Shown here in pieces: positions 10,554 through 22,093 of a stretch of 38,499 nucleotides of DNA. Position numbers and translations under genes: made by a program. Source of the DNA: a virus (lineage: Duplodnaviria > Heunggongvirae > Uroviricota > Caudoviricetes); the IMG/VR virus record IMGVR_UViG_2711768065_000005. One strand, written 5' to 3'. Numbering within the stretch: the first letter of the stretch is position 1; each line of letters opens with the position of its first letter. Under the pieces are notes generated by a model. That model saw nothing but the letters and a program-made list of their open reading frames with translations. It did not search any database and was not told where the DNA came from.

Positions 10554-11116
10554 AACCTCAGTTGTTGTTTCAGTGCATACCCCAGCTGTTTCGGCATTTC
10601 CGCAGCAATAATGCGGTCGCGGGCATCTTCAAATGCCTGTGTCAGCGGTCCGGACAGCGGGACTTTCACCACATCAATGGGGTAACGATTTTTGCCATCA
10701 ATACGCCGCATCACATGCCAGCGACCATTCGCCAGTTGCTGAATAAACGCATCCCGGAAAAGATATTTACCCACCTTCAGCACACTGCCACGGTACTGCA
10801 GTTTTCCACCACGCCGGGCCAGTCTGACCCGGGCTGTCCCCAGCTTAATAGCGGGCAGATTGCCCCGGTTAACGCGGATCCTGGCCGTCATTTTTCCTGA
10901 CGGACTGGCTTTAAACACCCGGACACGCTGACGTACCAGTTTCAGGGGGATCCCTTTCACCTGGTTATCTCCCGCAACGGTATTCCCGGCAACCTGCCGG
11001 GTGGCGACCGAGACTGCTTTCTGTGCCACACGGTTTATCGCCCATGCGCTGGCCTGTGGCACCATACGGGTATCAAGGCTGTTCAGATTACGGATGGCAT
11101 TCTCAAGCCCCTTCAT
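10538..11116 (-). CDS. Z: Tail completion protein Z
   Basis: 192 aa, same length and position as lambda gpZ (between the head-tail joining genes and U). Confidence 0.8.
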   Translation of the reverse strand: MKGLENAIRNLNSLDTRMVPQASAWAINRVAQKAVSVATRQVAGNTVAGDNQVKGIPLKLVRQRVRVFKASPSGKMTARIRVNRGNLPAIKLGTARVRLARRGGKLQYRGSVLKVGKYLFRDAFIQQLANGRWHVMRRIDGKNRYPIDVVKVPLSGPLTQAFEDARDRIIAAEMPKQLGYALKQQLRLWLTR

Positions 11117-11127
11117 CCCACACCTCT

Positions 11128-11403
11128 TTACTCAATAAAGATCATTGGCTTACCGTTAAAACGTTCATGCCGTGTGACCGTCCATTGTTGTCCGTCATAA
11201 ACAACGCGATCCCCGCGCCGTGGGCGGTATCCCGAAGAAAACACCACCAGAGAGACCGCAGGTCCGGACAGAGCATTCAGCTCTGCCAGTGTTTCTCCCG
11301 GGATCACAGTCATATCGACATCATTAATCGAGGCTGTCTTTCCCATCTTTCTGACCGTGATCGCATCCATACGCGCTGCCAGCCGGGAAAAGGGATCAGA
11401 CAT
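11128..11403 (-). CDS. Putative head-tail joining protein (FII position)
   Basis: 91-aa ORF tightly packed between Z and the upstream head gene; function assigned by position only. Confidence 0.45.
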   Translation of the reverse strand: MSDPFSRLAARMDAITVRKMGKTASINDVDMTVIPGETLAELNALSGPAVSLVVFSSGYRPRRGDRVVYDGQQWTVTRHERFNGKPMIFIE

Positions 11404-11719
11404 TGAGTTTTACCGGCACTTCTTCTGCACTGGTTCCGGCATCTGCCCAGACAACCCCGACCAGCGGATCAGAGCCGCTGTTAGTCAACTGAACTTTTCC
11501 GGACTTCAGATAAACCTTCTTACCCGTTTTCATGTCATCCGTTTTCAGCTTAGGCAGCATAAACACACCTTCGGTCAGGCCGTCGCCTGTTTCACCCTGT
11601 GGAATATCGGTCAGCGCTACCGCAAAAACATCACCCACCTGCACCAGATCTCCGCTGCTGATGGCTGCACTGGCAACAATCGCCACCGTTTTTCCTTCTT
11701 CTACAAAATTCTTTGCCAT
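11396..11719 (-). CDS. Small head-associated protein (DUF2190-like, possible decoration or connector protein)
   Basis: 107 aa from MAKNFVEEGKT...; lies directly after the protease-capsid fusion gene, as in related enterobacterial prophages; family assignment from memory. Confidence 0.45.
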   Translation of the reverse strand: MAKNFVEEGKTVAIVASAAISSGDLVQVGDVFAVALTDIPQGETGDGLTEGVFMLPKLKTDDMKTGKKVYLKSGKVQLTNSGSDPLVGVVWADAGTSAEEVPVKLNV

Positions 11720-11805
11720 AACTGTCTCCGCACAGCCCCGTTCAGGGGCTGATTTCAGGTACAAAAAAAGCCCTTACGGGCCATCAGAGTTGTTGTCTGC
11801 GACGT

Positions 11806-13764
11806 TTACGCCGTACATTTCACCAGACCGCGGTGATCAACTGGCGCGACACCGGCGTCAATACGCACTTTCGTTGTCACGCCATCCACACTGAAGCCCT
11901 CCATCTGATCAATATATGGCGTATCCACACCGTTGAGATAAGCCACTTCAATCGTATCGGAGCCTTTTGACGCAGCCAGGTAGAAGGTGGTCTGGCTGTT
12001 ATCATCAAGACGAGGCTCTGCAATAACGGTCGCAAAATCTTTCACCGGGTTAATAATACCGGCGTTAATGTCAGCCCCCTTGACACTTGAGGAGCGAATG
12101 ACCTGGTTAGCAACAGACTCCATCGCCGTCGGTACCAGTACGAACGCAGGACGAATATTCAGATGACGCTCCCCCTCTTTCTGAACGCGCATCAACTGGC
12201 GGGCTTTATCCAGCGATGCCACGTCCATTGCAGCGCTCTCCAGTACGTTTGCATGTTTCGCTTTATCGAACAGACTTACATTATCTGTGGAGATTTTCGG
12301 GTTAGACGTCAGAATGGCATAAACCAGATCGGCAATAGTGGATTTCGCCGCACGGCCCAACTTCATCGGGACATCGGTCAGCATATTCAGATCATCATTG
12401 ATAATGGCCTGACGGGTGATACTGAACAGCTCGCCATAGGTCGCCAGTGCAATAGTGGCCTGTTTATCTCCGGTGGTGACGTATTTATATTCCGCCCCTT
12501 CACGCACCTGACGCAGAGCACTGAAGCCCCCCATACCCACACGATGGGCAATTTTAAAATCAGACAACTGACCTGTCCGCGTCCACTGTTCATAGGTTTC
12601 AGGGGCATCTTCCCAGCCCTGCAGAATGGCTTTGTTCGCAACATCCAGCAGAATATTACCGAAGTCAGACGTACTGTGTGTGAACGCCGCACCGACCATC
12701 TGCATCGGGTTATAACTGGAAACCCCAATACCCCGTTCAGTCAGTGACATACGGGCATATTCACGCAGGGTCATCCCGTTGTAGACATTATCACGTTCGG
12801 TTTTTTCAAATCCGGCACGCGCCATCAGCGCCTGGCGGATCCCGTCCCCCACAAAATTACCGTTACCGGCATAAATATGAGCCGGGGTATTTTTATTGGA
12901 TGGCGTGGACTCGCGCCCCATCTCGTTCAACAGCTTTTCGCGGGCCTGCTCCAGCGAACATTCAGGATCGGCAAGACACTGAGCCTGCAGCGTCTGATAA
13001 CGCCCGCCAAACATGGCAAACAGATCATTAATACCGTTTACACGCGCTTTTTGCTCTGCCAGTACCTGCGCACGGATGCTGTTTTCATCCACCACGGGTG
13101 CTGCTGCCTGCACTGGCGTCCGGGAGGCTTCAGGTTCATTATCCTGTACGCGTGGAGCACTGTTGCGTGGCGGAGTAATCATGTTTCGAATGGATTCCGG
13201 CATCTTTTTAAATTCCTCTGTACGTTTTGACTGAATACATGCCATTGCCTTAACGGCTGGCGTTACCTGATCAGCAAATCCATGTGCCAGACATTCGGCA
13301 CCGGACATCCAGGTCTCATCCGCCAGCATGGCAGCAATTTCATCGGTGGTTTTCCCGGTTTTCTGTGCATAAGCGGGTAACAGAACCGCCTCAACTTTAT
13401 CGAGCAGGTCGGCATAGGTGCGCATGTCCTCCGCATCACCGCCCGTAAAGCCAAATGGTTTATGAATCATCATGAAGGTGTTTTCCGGCATAATGACCGG
13501 GTTTCCCACCATCGCAATGACCGACGCCATTGATGCCGCCACACCGTCGACATAAACGGTAATGGACGCACCATGTGTTTTCAGCGCATTAAAAATGGCG
13601 ATGCCTTCAAAGACATCGCCACCCGGTGAATTGATATGGAGATTAATGTGGGTGATATCGCCCAGTGCATTCAGATCACTGATAAACTGCTTCGCTGTAA
13701 CACCCCAGAAACCAATCTCGTCATAAATATAAATATCCGCGTCACTCTGGTGACCAGCCTGCAT
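11806..13764 (-). CDS. Prohead protease (ClpP/S49-like) fused to major capsid protein
   Basis: About 650 aa; N-terminal ...IYIYDEIGFWGVTAKQFISDLNALGDITHINLHINSPGGDVFEGIAIFNALKTH... is a ClpP-type serine protease fold; long C-terminal capsid-like domain. Start set at the first Met after the portal stop (longest ORF from 14025 overlaps portal). Confidence 0.75.
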   Translation of the reverse strand: MQAGHQSDADIYIYDEIGFWGVTAKQFISDLNALGDITHINLHINSPGGDVFEGIAIFNALKTHGASITVYVDGVAASMASVIAMVGNPVIMPENTFMMIHKPFGFTGGDAEDMRTYADLLDKVEAVLLPAYAQKTGKTTDEIAAMLADETWMSGAECLAHGFADQVTPAVKAMACIQSKRTEEFKKMPESIRNMITPPRNSAPRVQDNEPEASRTPVQAAAPVVDENSIRAQVLAEQKARVNGINDLFAMFGGRYQTLQAQCLADPECSLEQAREKLLNEMGRESTPSNKNTPAHIYAGNGNFVGDGIRQALMARAGFEKTERDNVYNGMTLREYARMSLTERGIGVSSYNPMQMVGAAFTHSTSDFGNILLDVANKAILQGWEDAPETYEQWTRTGQLSDFKIAHRVGMGGFSALRQVREGAEYKYVTTGDKQATIALATYGELFSITRQAIINDDLNMLTDVPMKLGRAAKSTIADLVYAILTSNPKISTDNVSLFDKAKHANVLESAAMDVASLDKARQLMRVQKEGERHLNIRPAFVLVPTAMESVANQVIRSSSVKGADINAGIINPVKDFATVIAEPRLDDNSQTTFYLAASKGSDTIEVAYLNGVDTPYIDQMEGFSVDGVTTKVRIDAGVAPVDHRGLVKCTA

Positions 13765-13810
13765 CCTGAACCAGGAATTATTCTTCGGACTGGTCGTCGG
13801 TGTACTGCGG

Positions 13811-15286
13811 CTACTGTCGTTTCGTTGCGGCACTGCTGCCTCCTTTATCACTGGCCGGATCGGTATCAAATACCAGGTCCAGCTTGCGGTTTTCATCAAT
13901 TTCGGCCTTGCGCCGACGTTTGACATCATCCGGATTACGACCACCTGCACGTACCCAGTCTGATTCTGTCGCCGCTCCACCACGAATCTGGATTTTCCAG
14001 GCCTCAGCCTCCTTAACAGGGTCAATCCACGGCATCACCGGTCCGGAATACACCGCGGTATACAGTGAAGAACGGTCAAGATCGCGGGGTAGCCTGATAA
14101 CACCGGATGCCACAGCCTGTTTCAGCCAGGCACGATACATCGGGCGGGTGACGGCACCAATAAACCAGTCCTGCAGGATCAGGTAGCCATCAGTGGATTC
14201 AACCAGCTCCTGACGCTGGGCGCTGTAAGTGCCGTTATAGTTGCGCGCTGTACTGGAAAAACTCAGACGACTGCCCGCCGCCACGGCACGCAACTGAGCA
14301 TTACGAAAAGTTTCAAGGTTAGGATTTGGGCGATCCGACTTCACCATTCCGATTTCTTCGCCGGGTTTCAGATCGTCGTAAATAATGCCTGGCTGAATGG
14401 TAAGCTCGCGTTCATTCTCCTTGCTGTCATTACCATCCGTTTCATAGCTCTGTCCGTCGCCTTTGCGGATGTACATCCCCAGAGCAGCGGCGACCCTTGC
14501 TGCAGTCAGCTCAGAATCTTCATACTCTTTCAGGGCGCTGAGGCGGATCAGCACACCGGACAATAAAGACGTCCCGCGCATCTGGTGCAGACGGCGAACA
14601 AATTTAAGATGCAGCATTCGCTCTGCATCCACTTCTTTGGTTTCCATCTGCCGTCCGGATACAGGACGACTTTTATACACCAGATATTTTTCGGGACGCC
14701 CCCAGTCATCAACAAACACGCCCTGATTCAGCCTGTTGCTCTCATCACTGGTCATGGGAATAAAGTCCGGCTCGAGCGCCTCCAGCCAGAAATGAACACC
14801 GGCAGAAGGCGTCAGGCTGTTTATGCGCCCGGAAACCATCTGGGCAAACACCTCACCATCGCGCAGCCAGGTACGAAGCATCAGACGTTCCAGCATCGGA
14901 CGGGTAAACTGCCCGGTGACTTCCGGGCTGACAGACCATTCACTCCATCGGGTGCGAATCTCCGCAGCCAGGTCACGGGCAATGGCCCCATTGCGTAATA
15001 CCGGATGTGGCTCGACAATAATCCCGTTTTTCCCCACCACCCGTTCTTCCAGCTTGTCAAATACACCAATAACCAGATCGTGGTTGTTATCAAGGTAACG
15101 GGCCTGCTCACGTAACGACACGGCCCCGTACTGGCTTAACTGGTCGGCAGTTCGGTTCTCCCGTCGGGCTTTGTGTGTCCGCGTCGTTTTTACGGCCTCA
15201 TAAGCCTGGATCACCGCACGGGAACGCAGCCTTGCCGCTTTCCATCCTGGTGAAAAAACGCCAATCACATCATCAAGAATTGCCAT
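13811..15286 (-). CDS. Portal protein (lambda-type)
   Basis: About 490 aa; size and position between gpW-like and protease genes; start ATG overlaps the W stop (ATGA). Confidence 0.8.
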   Translation of the reverse strand: MAILDDVIGVFSPGWKAARLRSRAVIQAYEAVKTTRTHKARRENRTADQLSQYGAVSLREQARYLDNNHDLVIGVFDKLEERVVGKNGIIVEPHPVLRNGAIARDLAAEIRTRWSEWSVSPEVTGQFTRPMLERLMLRTWLRDGEVFAQMVSGRINSLTPSAGVHFWLEALEPDFIPMTSDESNRLNQGVFVDDWGRPEKYLVYKSRPVSGRQMETKEVDAERMLHLKFVRRLHQMRGTSLLSGVLIRLSALKEYEDSELTAARVAAALGMYIRKGDGQSYETDGNDSKENERELTIQPGIIYDDLKPGEEIGMVKSDRPNPNLETFRNAQLRAVAAGSRLSFSSTARNYNGTYSAQRQELVESTDGYLILQDWFIGAVTRPMYRAWLKQAVASGVIRLPRDLDRSSLYTAVYSGPVMPWIDPVKEAEAWKIQIRGGAATESDWVRAGGRNPDDVKRRRKAEIDENRKLDLVFDTDPASDKGGSSAATKRQ

Positions 15287-15504
15287 CAGAACCTCGCCAG
15301 CCGATACCCGGGATGCCCCCGTCGTCGTGTAATCAGAGCCGCAAGGCGGCGCTCCCACTCCTGCCGTCCCTGCCTGATCTCAGATAAGTTTTCCATGGTC
15401 ATCTGCTGACCATTAAAGGTGACGGATTTTCCGTCCAGCACCGCCATTTCAGCTTCCGTATAACGCTGAATCATGGCTTCGATATCATTCTGGTTCATAA
15501 CCAT
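15286..15504 (-). CDS. Head-tail joining protein, gpW-like
   Basis: 72 aa; C-terminal ...RRRGHPGYRLARF resembles the lambda gpW C-terminus; lies between terminase large subunit and portal. Confidence 0.65.
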   Translation of the reverse strand: MVMNQNDIEAMIQRYTEAEMAVLDGKSVTFNGQQMTMENLSEIRQGRQEWERRLAALITRRRGHPGYRLARF

Positions 15505-17594
15505 CCTCCGGAAGTCAGCCAGGGGTTAACATCGTCAGTTACTGTTTTCTTCCGTTTTTGTTTTTTAACAGGCGTGGATACCGGTTCCGGTGAGGATGAC
15601 GGTTCGGTACTGTCCGGGACACACTCCAGCCAGGTTTCCCGGCTCGCCCACTCCGGTGCATCCGGCCAGCGGATCTTTTCGTATCCATGCAGAATGACCA
15701 GAGCCTCGGCATACACCATCAGGTCAAAAGCTTCGTTGGCACCGCGACCCGGCTTACTCCATTTCCCGTCACTGCTCCGCTCTTCATACGTCAGTTCGTC
15801 GTAAAACCAGCTCCCCAGCCAGTCAGGGAAATGCACATAGCCGGGACCTGGCGAGTCACGCCATAACGCGTTATTCACCCGGTCTTTCAGTGCATCCGTC
15901 TGAAGAAGCCAGAGCGGCACATCACCTGCGGCCTGCGCCCGTCGGCCCGTTCGTCCGGTGTTATCAGGGAATGTACGGGTGATCAGTTTTGCGCGCCGGA
16001 TGCTGTCGCCCTTAAACAGGTAAATACGTTTACCAAGGCCATCACGACGGCAACGACGCCAGAATTTATAGGCATTATCAGTGACCCCGTCTTCACCGCC
16101 GGAGTCCACCGCCATTGCCATCAGTCGCATTTGTTGAGAAGGATCGGAGGCCAGCGGCCAGCTTTTATGAAAAACATCCGTCAGCAGGACATCCCAGTCT
16201 TCCGGATAGCTGGCCGGATCAATTCGCTGGCTCTCCCCGTCGCTGTCACCGCGCAATGACTGCGTGATGTTGTAACGATCAATAATCCAGCGTTCGCCAC
16301 GGCTGCCATAGCCCGTTACCTGAACCACAAAACGGCGATGACGTCCCGCCTGCACATCCACTGTCGCCACAAGAAAATTAACGCCATCTGGCACACTGCG
16401 GGAAGGAACTGGCTCTGCCCGCTGCTCAAGCAGTTCACTTTTTCGTTGCTCCATGCTGGCGCGGGGAAGATAAGGTAATCCCCAGTCGGTGTTGATAACC
16501 GCCCTGAGTGTTTCTTCACTTCCTGTCGCTTCATACTCCTGTTCTGCAGTCAGTAATTTGTAAACCAGTTGCGCCCAGGTCTGATACGCAGCAGCTGGCC
16601 CTTCCATCCAGAAACTGGCGATACGGGAGCGGCGCGGTTCACCGGAAACGTTGCCGTTACAATCAATGACCTGACCTTCACGCAACCAGACTCCTGCACT
16701 ATTGAGCTCACGCTTTTTCTCCGCAGTGATAATGCCGCTGCAGTGCGGGCAAAGTAGATACGCCGCCTCACTGGCTTTAAAGGGATCCGGTTCATTACGG
16801 TAGCCGGTCATGGCATCCATGGCTGGCTGAAAATATTCACCGCAGTGCGGACATGGCCAGTACCAGCGGCGGCGGTCACCACGATTGTAAAGGGAAAGAA
16901 TACCAGTCGTCGGTGGCGCTTCATGAGGCGACTTACGTCGCCATTTGCTGTCGCAGATGTCACGTCCCGGCGAGCTCTCCACCAGAGTCATCCCGGCGGA
17001 CATAAATGTGGTGGTACGTTTTGAGGCCAGGGAGAAACCATCACCCTCGCTGTCGATATTCTCCGGAAAACGGTCGTAATCGGTTAAGGCGACAAACCGG
17101 TAATCCGACGACGACATAATGTTGACCGAGGGCCAACCAATTTTAAGGAACGAGCCATCCCTGAACGTCTTATCATGGACATTATTGTCATTACGACGTG
17201 GACTCATTCTTTTCTTTACCGCCGCACTGCTTCTGAACGTTCTGTCGAGGCGCTTTTTTGAATGCTCGCGGGCCTTATCTTCGGTCATCTGCACAACGAG
17301 CATGTCCGAAGGATCGCAAACGATGGTATAGACAATCCATCCATCGATCAGACCAATGGTCTTCCCTGTTCGCGCAGGACCAACAAAAATCACCGCATCG
17401 TATTCACGCGATGCCAGGCAGTTCATGGGCTCAATGATGTAGGGTGTCAGTTCAGGATCCCATGGCACCGAGTTACCAGCCCCCTTGGGAACACGCATGA
17501 ATTTTTTAACAGCCTCCGAAATCGGCATGCGACGTGGTGGGGAAAATCCTGCCGATATGTCCCTTCCCAAATTTCGGGCTGATGAAAAACCCAT
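15495..17594 (-). CDS. Terminase large subunit (lambda gpA family)
   Basis: 699 aa; Walker A-like GPARTGKT; GGAGG Shine-Dalgarno upstream of ATG at 17594. Confidence 0.9.
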   Translation of the reverse strand: MGFSSARNLGRDISAGFSPPRRMPISEAVKKFMRVPKGAGNSVPWDPELTPYIIEPMNCLASREYDAVIFVGPARTGKTIGLIDGWIVYTIVCDPSDMLVVQMTEDKAREHSKKRLDRTFRSSAAVKKRMSPRRNDNNVHDKTFRDGSFLKIGWPSVNIMSSSDYRFVALTDYDRFPENIDSEGDGFSLASKRTTTFMSAGMTLVESSPGRDICDSKWRRKSPHEAPPTTGILSLYNRGDRRRWYWPCPHCGEYFQPAMDAMTGYRNEPDPFKASEAAYLLCPHCSGIITAEKKRELNSAGVWLREGQVIDCNGNVSGEPRRSRIASFWMEGPAAAYQTWAQLVYKLLTAEQEYEATGSEETLRAVINTDWGLPYLPRASMEQRKSELLEQRAEPVPSRSVPDGVNFLVATVDVQAGRHRRFVVQVTGYGSRGERWIIDRYNITQSLRGDSDGESQRIDPASYPEDWDVLLTDVFHKSWPLASDPSQQMRLMAMAVDSGGEDGVTDNAYKFWRRCRRDGLGKRIYLFKGDSIRRAKLITRTFPDNTGRTGRRAQAAGDVPLWLLQTDALKDRVNNALWRDSPGPGYVHFPDWLGSWFYDELTYEERSSDGKWSKPGRGANEAFDLMVYAEALVILHGYEKIRWPDAPEWASRETWLECVPDSTEPSSSPEPVSTPVKKQKRKKTVTDDVNPWLTSGGWL

Positions 17595-17602
17595 TATTCC
17601 TC

Positions 17603-18130
17603 CTAGAGACTCTCTCCTTCCTCATCAGGAATTAATTCAGCAGCACAAGCCTCGTAGGATTTTTCCTGAAGAGTGTATCGCAGGTCATCAATGGCCTGCT
17701 GTACAACGCCAACGGCCTGAGGAGTCAGGGCGCAATCGCGTTCAAGAACATCCGGAATTGTCTCCAGAACCTGGACGACAGCCTTTCTCATGGACGAATA
17801 GACGATGACTACTTCATCAACGGGGATGAGTTTTCGCTGCTCCTTTTCCAACTTGATCCTTTCATTTTCCGACTGGTACCAGTCCTTTCTCTCTTTCGGC
17901 TCCATACGGGATGGATCATGAACAGAGTCTGCTGCCTCATGCTTCACACTAAACAGGGCAGGCCCGACATGCTGCAGGGCGTAAACGGGGTTCCCCCTGA
18001 CAGTCGCAGCCACAGGAGTGTTGGCCGCGAGGAGCCGTTTTTTTACTGTGTCCCGGTGAAGCCCAAAGGCCTCGGCGATTTTAAAAACACTCCAGTAATA
18101 AGCATCACCGATCCCGCTCACATTTGACAT
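17603..18130 (-). CDS. Terminase small subunit (putative)
   Basis: 175 aa from MSNVSG...; N-terminal HTH-like segment YYWSVFKIAEAFGLHRDTVKKRL; immediately upstream of terL; GGAG Shine-Dalgarno before the Met at 18130. Confidence 0.65.
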   Translation of the reverse strand: MSNVSGIGDAYYWSVFKIAEAFGLHRDTVKKRLLAANTPVAATVRGNPVYALQHVGPALFSVKHEAADSVHDPSRMEPKERKDWYQSENERIKLEKEQRKLIPVDEVVIVYSSMRKAVVQVLETIPDVLERDCALTPQAVGVVQQAIDDLRYTLQEKSYEACAAELIPDEEGESL

Positions 18131-18299
18131 AAGCAACTCCATCTGGCAGGTGAAAATCAGGTTTATTTATATATTTCAATTAATTGCAAACTAGTCTAAT
18201 GACAGGGAGAAAAAAATATTGTACAGCTGAAAAGAGAAATAACTTTTAATTATCAATAAATTACCAAACATGCTGCCGCCACCATGGAAATGCAAAAAC

Positions 18300-18375
18300 T
18301 AGCCTTTTTCCGCGACGCTCCCGCCCCGTGGCAGGGCCCCCCACTGGGAGGACCCGACAGCCTGACAACCGTGAC
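18300..18375. other. Candidate cos/packaging site region (GC-rich island upstream of terS)
   Basis: cgcgacgctcccgccccgtggcagggccccccactgggaggacccgacagcc is sharply GC-rich inside an otherwise AT-rich non-coding stretch about 170-250 bp upstream of the terminase operon. Confidence 0.25.
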
Positions 18376-18692
18376 GAGCATCTGTAACAGAGCTTTACAT
18401 AATGGCATGGGGATAATTCAGAAGGACATCACAGCATGCCCACACAAATTAGTGTGAGTGTCCTGTCTCTTACTACGCGCAGGACTGACGAGCATGAGGG
18501 GAAAATACGAGAACCGAAATGCCTTATCTTCAGAAATGCAGCCGGCATCCGAACTGGACGATATTGTAAATTCACCTAAATACGAGGCATTGCTGTAGTT
18601 GAATTGCATTGCTGTATTAGCCTGACAGTGACAGAATACGATATTGACTCTGTCACTTGTGAAATGGTCAGAATGGTTAGCAGTTATGGTGA

Positions 18693-18899
18693 TCAGTCAA
18701 CCACCAGGGAATAATCCTTCGTATTCTTATCGTGCTTTACTAACGCGGCCTCAATTGCCCTGAATGCTTCCAGAGACACTTGATGTTCTATACATGCAAT
18801 TACAACATCCGGGTAACCCATCGAAATGGTGCTATTAAGCATAGTTTTTACACGAACCTGCTCCTGGGAGGGGGCATCAGTGTATTGATCTTTATGCAT
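18693..18899 (-). CDS. Hypothetical small protein (moron region)
   Basis: 68-aa ORF in the AT-rich region between terS and cspI; no recognised family. Confidence 0.3.
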   Translation of the reverse strand: MHKDQYTDAPSQEQVRVKTMLNSTISMGYPDVVIACIEHQVSLEAFRAIEAALVKHDKNTKDYSLVVD

Positions 18900-19194
18900 T
18901 TTGTCGCTCCATGCGTTTGCTCTTCACTTACGGCTAAAAATATAACGTCAAATCACTCAGCATGAAAGAGTGAAAGATTCAGCGCGTTTCCCTTACATAA
19001 TCTGTCGTTTGTATTCTCTTCAGGCATACCGAAAAGACTAGGTATTGTCACACAACCAATACCATCGACAATCGAGATTTATACCTATTCGGTAATGTTT
19101 AAATATAACAAAACCCCGTAAAAACGAGGTTTATGGGTAATTTGTATTGTTGAATAGCATCTGATGAGAAATTGATGCTAATGCTATAAACAGA

Positions 19195-19368
19195 CTAGAT
19201 TAAATCAATCTTGATATCATAGCTTTCAAGACCAGTCATTTTTTCCCGTGCAGTAAACTGGATACTGGTAACTTCTTTCCCGGTCTTTTTCTTAAGCTCA
19301 ATGATTTTTTTTGTTATATATTCAGAAATATCTGCTTCTGTTTTTGTTTTTAACTCTTCAATGTTCAT
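19195..19368 (-). CDS. gnsB: GnsA/GnsB-family small protein
   Basis: 57 aa MNIEELKTKTEADISEYITKKIIELKKKTGKEVTSIQFTAREKMTGLESYDIKIDLI; the FTAREKMTGLESYD block and the length match E. coli GnsB of Qin; AGAGG Shine-Dalgarno. Confidence 0.7.
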   Translation of the reverse strand: MNIEELKTKTEADISEYITKKIIELKKKTGKEVTSIQFTAREKMTGLESYDIKIDLI

Positions 19369-19540
19369 CATTTCCTCTTTTAGTCTGTTATGACTTTCCT
19401 GGTACACAGTAGTGTCAATTATATGGAGCAAGCGTATAAAAGATAAGATGAAACATCGCAATAATCAACATACGACGGTCTAAATTTCACACAAACAGAT
19501 AAAGATGATTATCATTTATTATCAATGCATTAGAATCAAA

Positions 19541-19732
19541 TCAATTCAAGAGTCTCATTGCTGCTTCCAGAATTTCTTCTGAAGTTACATGCCGATCCGC
19601 TGCTACATAAATGACTTTATGATCTCCGGTCAGAGATGGAAACCCTGCAGCCATTACAGTGAGGTGTGTTGTTTCGCCATTTGGATATTCACGCATGATG
19701 GTGTTAACTCCGGTCATCACTGGCACTACCAT
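19541..19732 (-). CDS. Hypothetical small protein
   Basis: 63-aa ORF; no recognised motif. Confidence 0.3.
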   Translation of the reverse strand: MVVPVMTGVNTIMREYPNGETTHLTVMAAGFPSLTGDHKVIYVAADRHVTSEEILEAAMRLLN

Positions 19733-20041
19733 TGCTGGTTCAGAGTTAAAAAAACTATTATTTTTTTCATAATGTTACCGTAATATGTGAGTATCCATCG
19801 ACTAGACACTAAGCAAAAAAGCTCCCGAAGGAGCCTTCATTTTCACTTTCTTAAATCTAACGACAGACGGCTAACATTTAAGTATTGTGAAATATTATCA
19901 AATGTAATCATCATTGATTTACAAAAGATACATTTTGCCCCGAAAGGATTCCTGTCAGAAACATCAAAAGATGATGTTCTATACTGAGAACCATGGCAAC
20001 ACGGGCATCTAAAGTGAATATGGTTTGTAATATTTTCTACC

Positions 20042-20254
20042 TCAAAGTGCCACAACATGAACAGCCGCGGGGCCTTTAGGTCCGTTCTCAATACCAAATT
20101 CGACTTCCTGATTCTCAGTTAACGTTTTGAAATCGTTGCTCTGAATAGCTGAGAAATGGACAAACACATCTTTGCTACCATCTTTCGGCGTGATGAAACC
20201 AAAACCTTTTTCAGGGTTAAACCATTTCACTAAACCAGTCATTTTGTTAGACAT
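20042..20254 (-). CDS. cspI: Cold shock protein CspI-like (CspA family)
   Basis: [70 protein letters not shown]; RNP1/RNP2 motifs (KGFGFI, VFVHF). Confidence 0.85.
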   Translation of the reverse strand: MSNKMTGLVKWFNPEKGFGFITPKDGSKDVFVHFSAIQSNDFKTLTENQEVEFGIENGPKGPAAVHVVAL

Positions 20255-20617
20255 CATTATTACCTTTTGAAGAAGTTAGCCCTTGGGCAGAATGGTCCGA
20301 AAAAAAATATCAGAGAGAAAAACCAACAAGGAAATCTCAAGAGGTACAAATAATAAAATTATAACAATGACTGCTTCAGATAATTTTGTAACAAACCAGA
20401 ACACCATTAACGCATGATTAACCAACCATAGCAAGGATTACTTTTGTAAAGAAAAACACACGAATGAAACAATAGCTTTATTTATTAATAAAACGTGTCA
20501 TTCTGTCTAATGACCTTTTATCTTACCCTTAAGATTTCAAGGATTTTGACTCATGGAAGAGTCCTTTTTATTTAAATTTCACATTCAGCGCTAAAAATAA
20601 TCCGATTTAATATTAAT

Positions 20618-21645
<1,028 letters not shown>

Positions 21646-21772
21646 GGATATTTATCAGGATTTATCAGTTTCTAATCTCTAGATATGTTAAGCACTCAGC
21701 CCGTCAGTGGTGGATACTGGCGTGTGTAATAAAGGGGGGATGGCTGATTACCTCTGATAAGGGAATGTAACT

Positions 21773-22069
21773 ATGAACGGTATAGATCCATTCAAACCAA
21801 TCAGTAAGCAACTTGATGTGGTATTACCACAACTGACAAAACACAACGACCTTCTGGATAAAGTGTTGCCTTTTTATATTGCTGTTACCGCAAAATTATC
21901 AGGTAAAACTCGAGAAGAGGTTCTCAAATATAACATGCTGGCTTTAGAAACAATTTTTGGCTCAGAAAAAGCGGGAAAATCACCCAAAGAGCTGGCAGAA
22001 TCTCAATTTGCTTATATGACAAATATAAGAGTATCCGAAATCTTTGATAAGCTACCAGACATTGAATAA
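21773..22069 (+). CDS. Hypothetical protein, opposite strand, inserted between holin and endolysin
   Basis: 98-aa ORF with plausible RBS (aagggaatgtaactATG); no recognised motif. Confidence 0.4.
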   Translation: MNGIDPFKPISKQLDVVLPQLTKHNDLLDKVLPFYIAVTAKLSGKTREEVLKYNMLALETIFGSEKAGKSPKELAESQFAYMTNIRVSEIFDKLPDIE

Positions 22070-22093
22070 TTTCTAAGCGGCAGTAATGCCGCT

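Noticed and set aside
12163-13234. Plus-strand ORFs of 95-194 aa overlapping the protease-capsid gene
   Set aside because: Antisense shadows of a confidently identified structural gene; no independent start signals.
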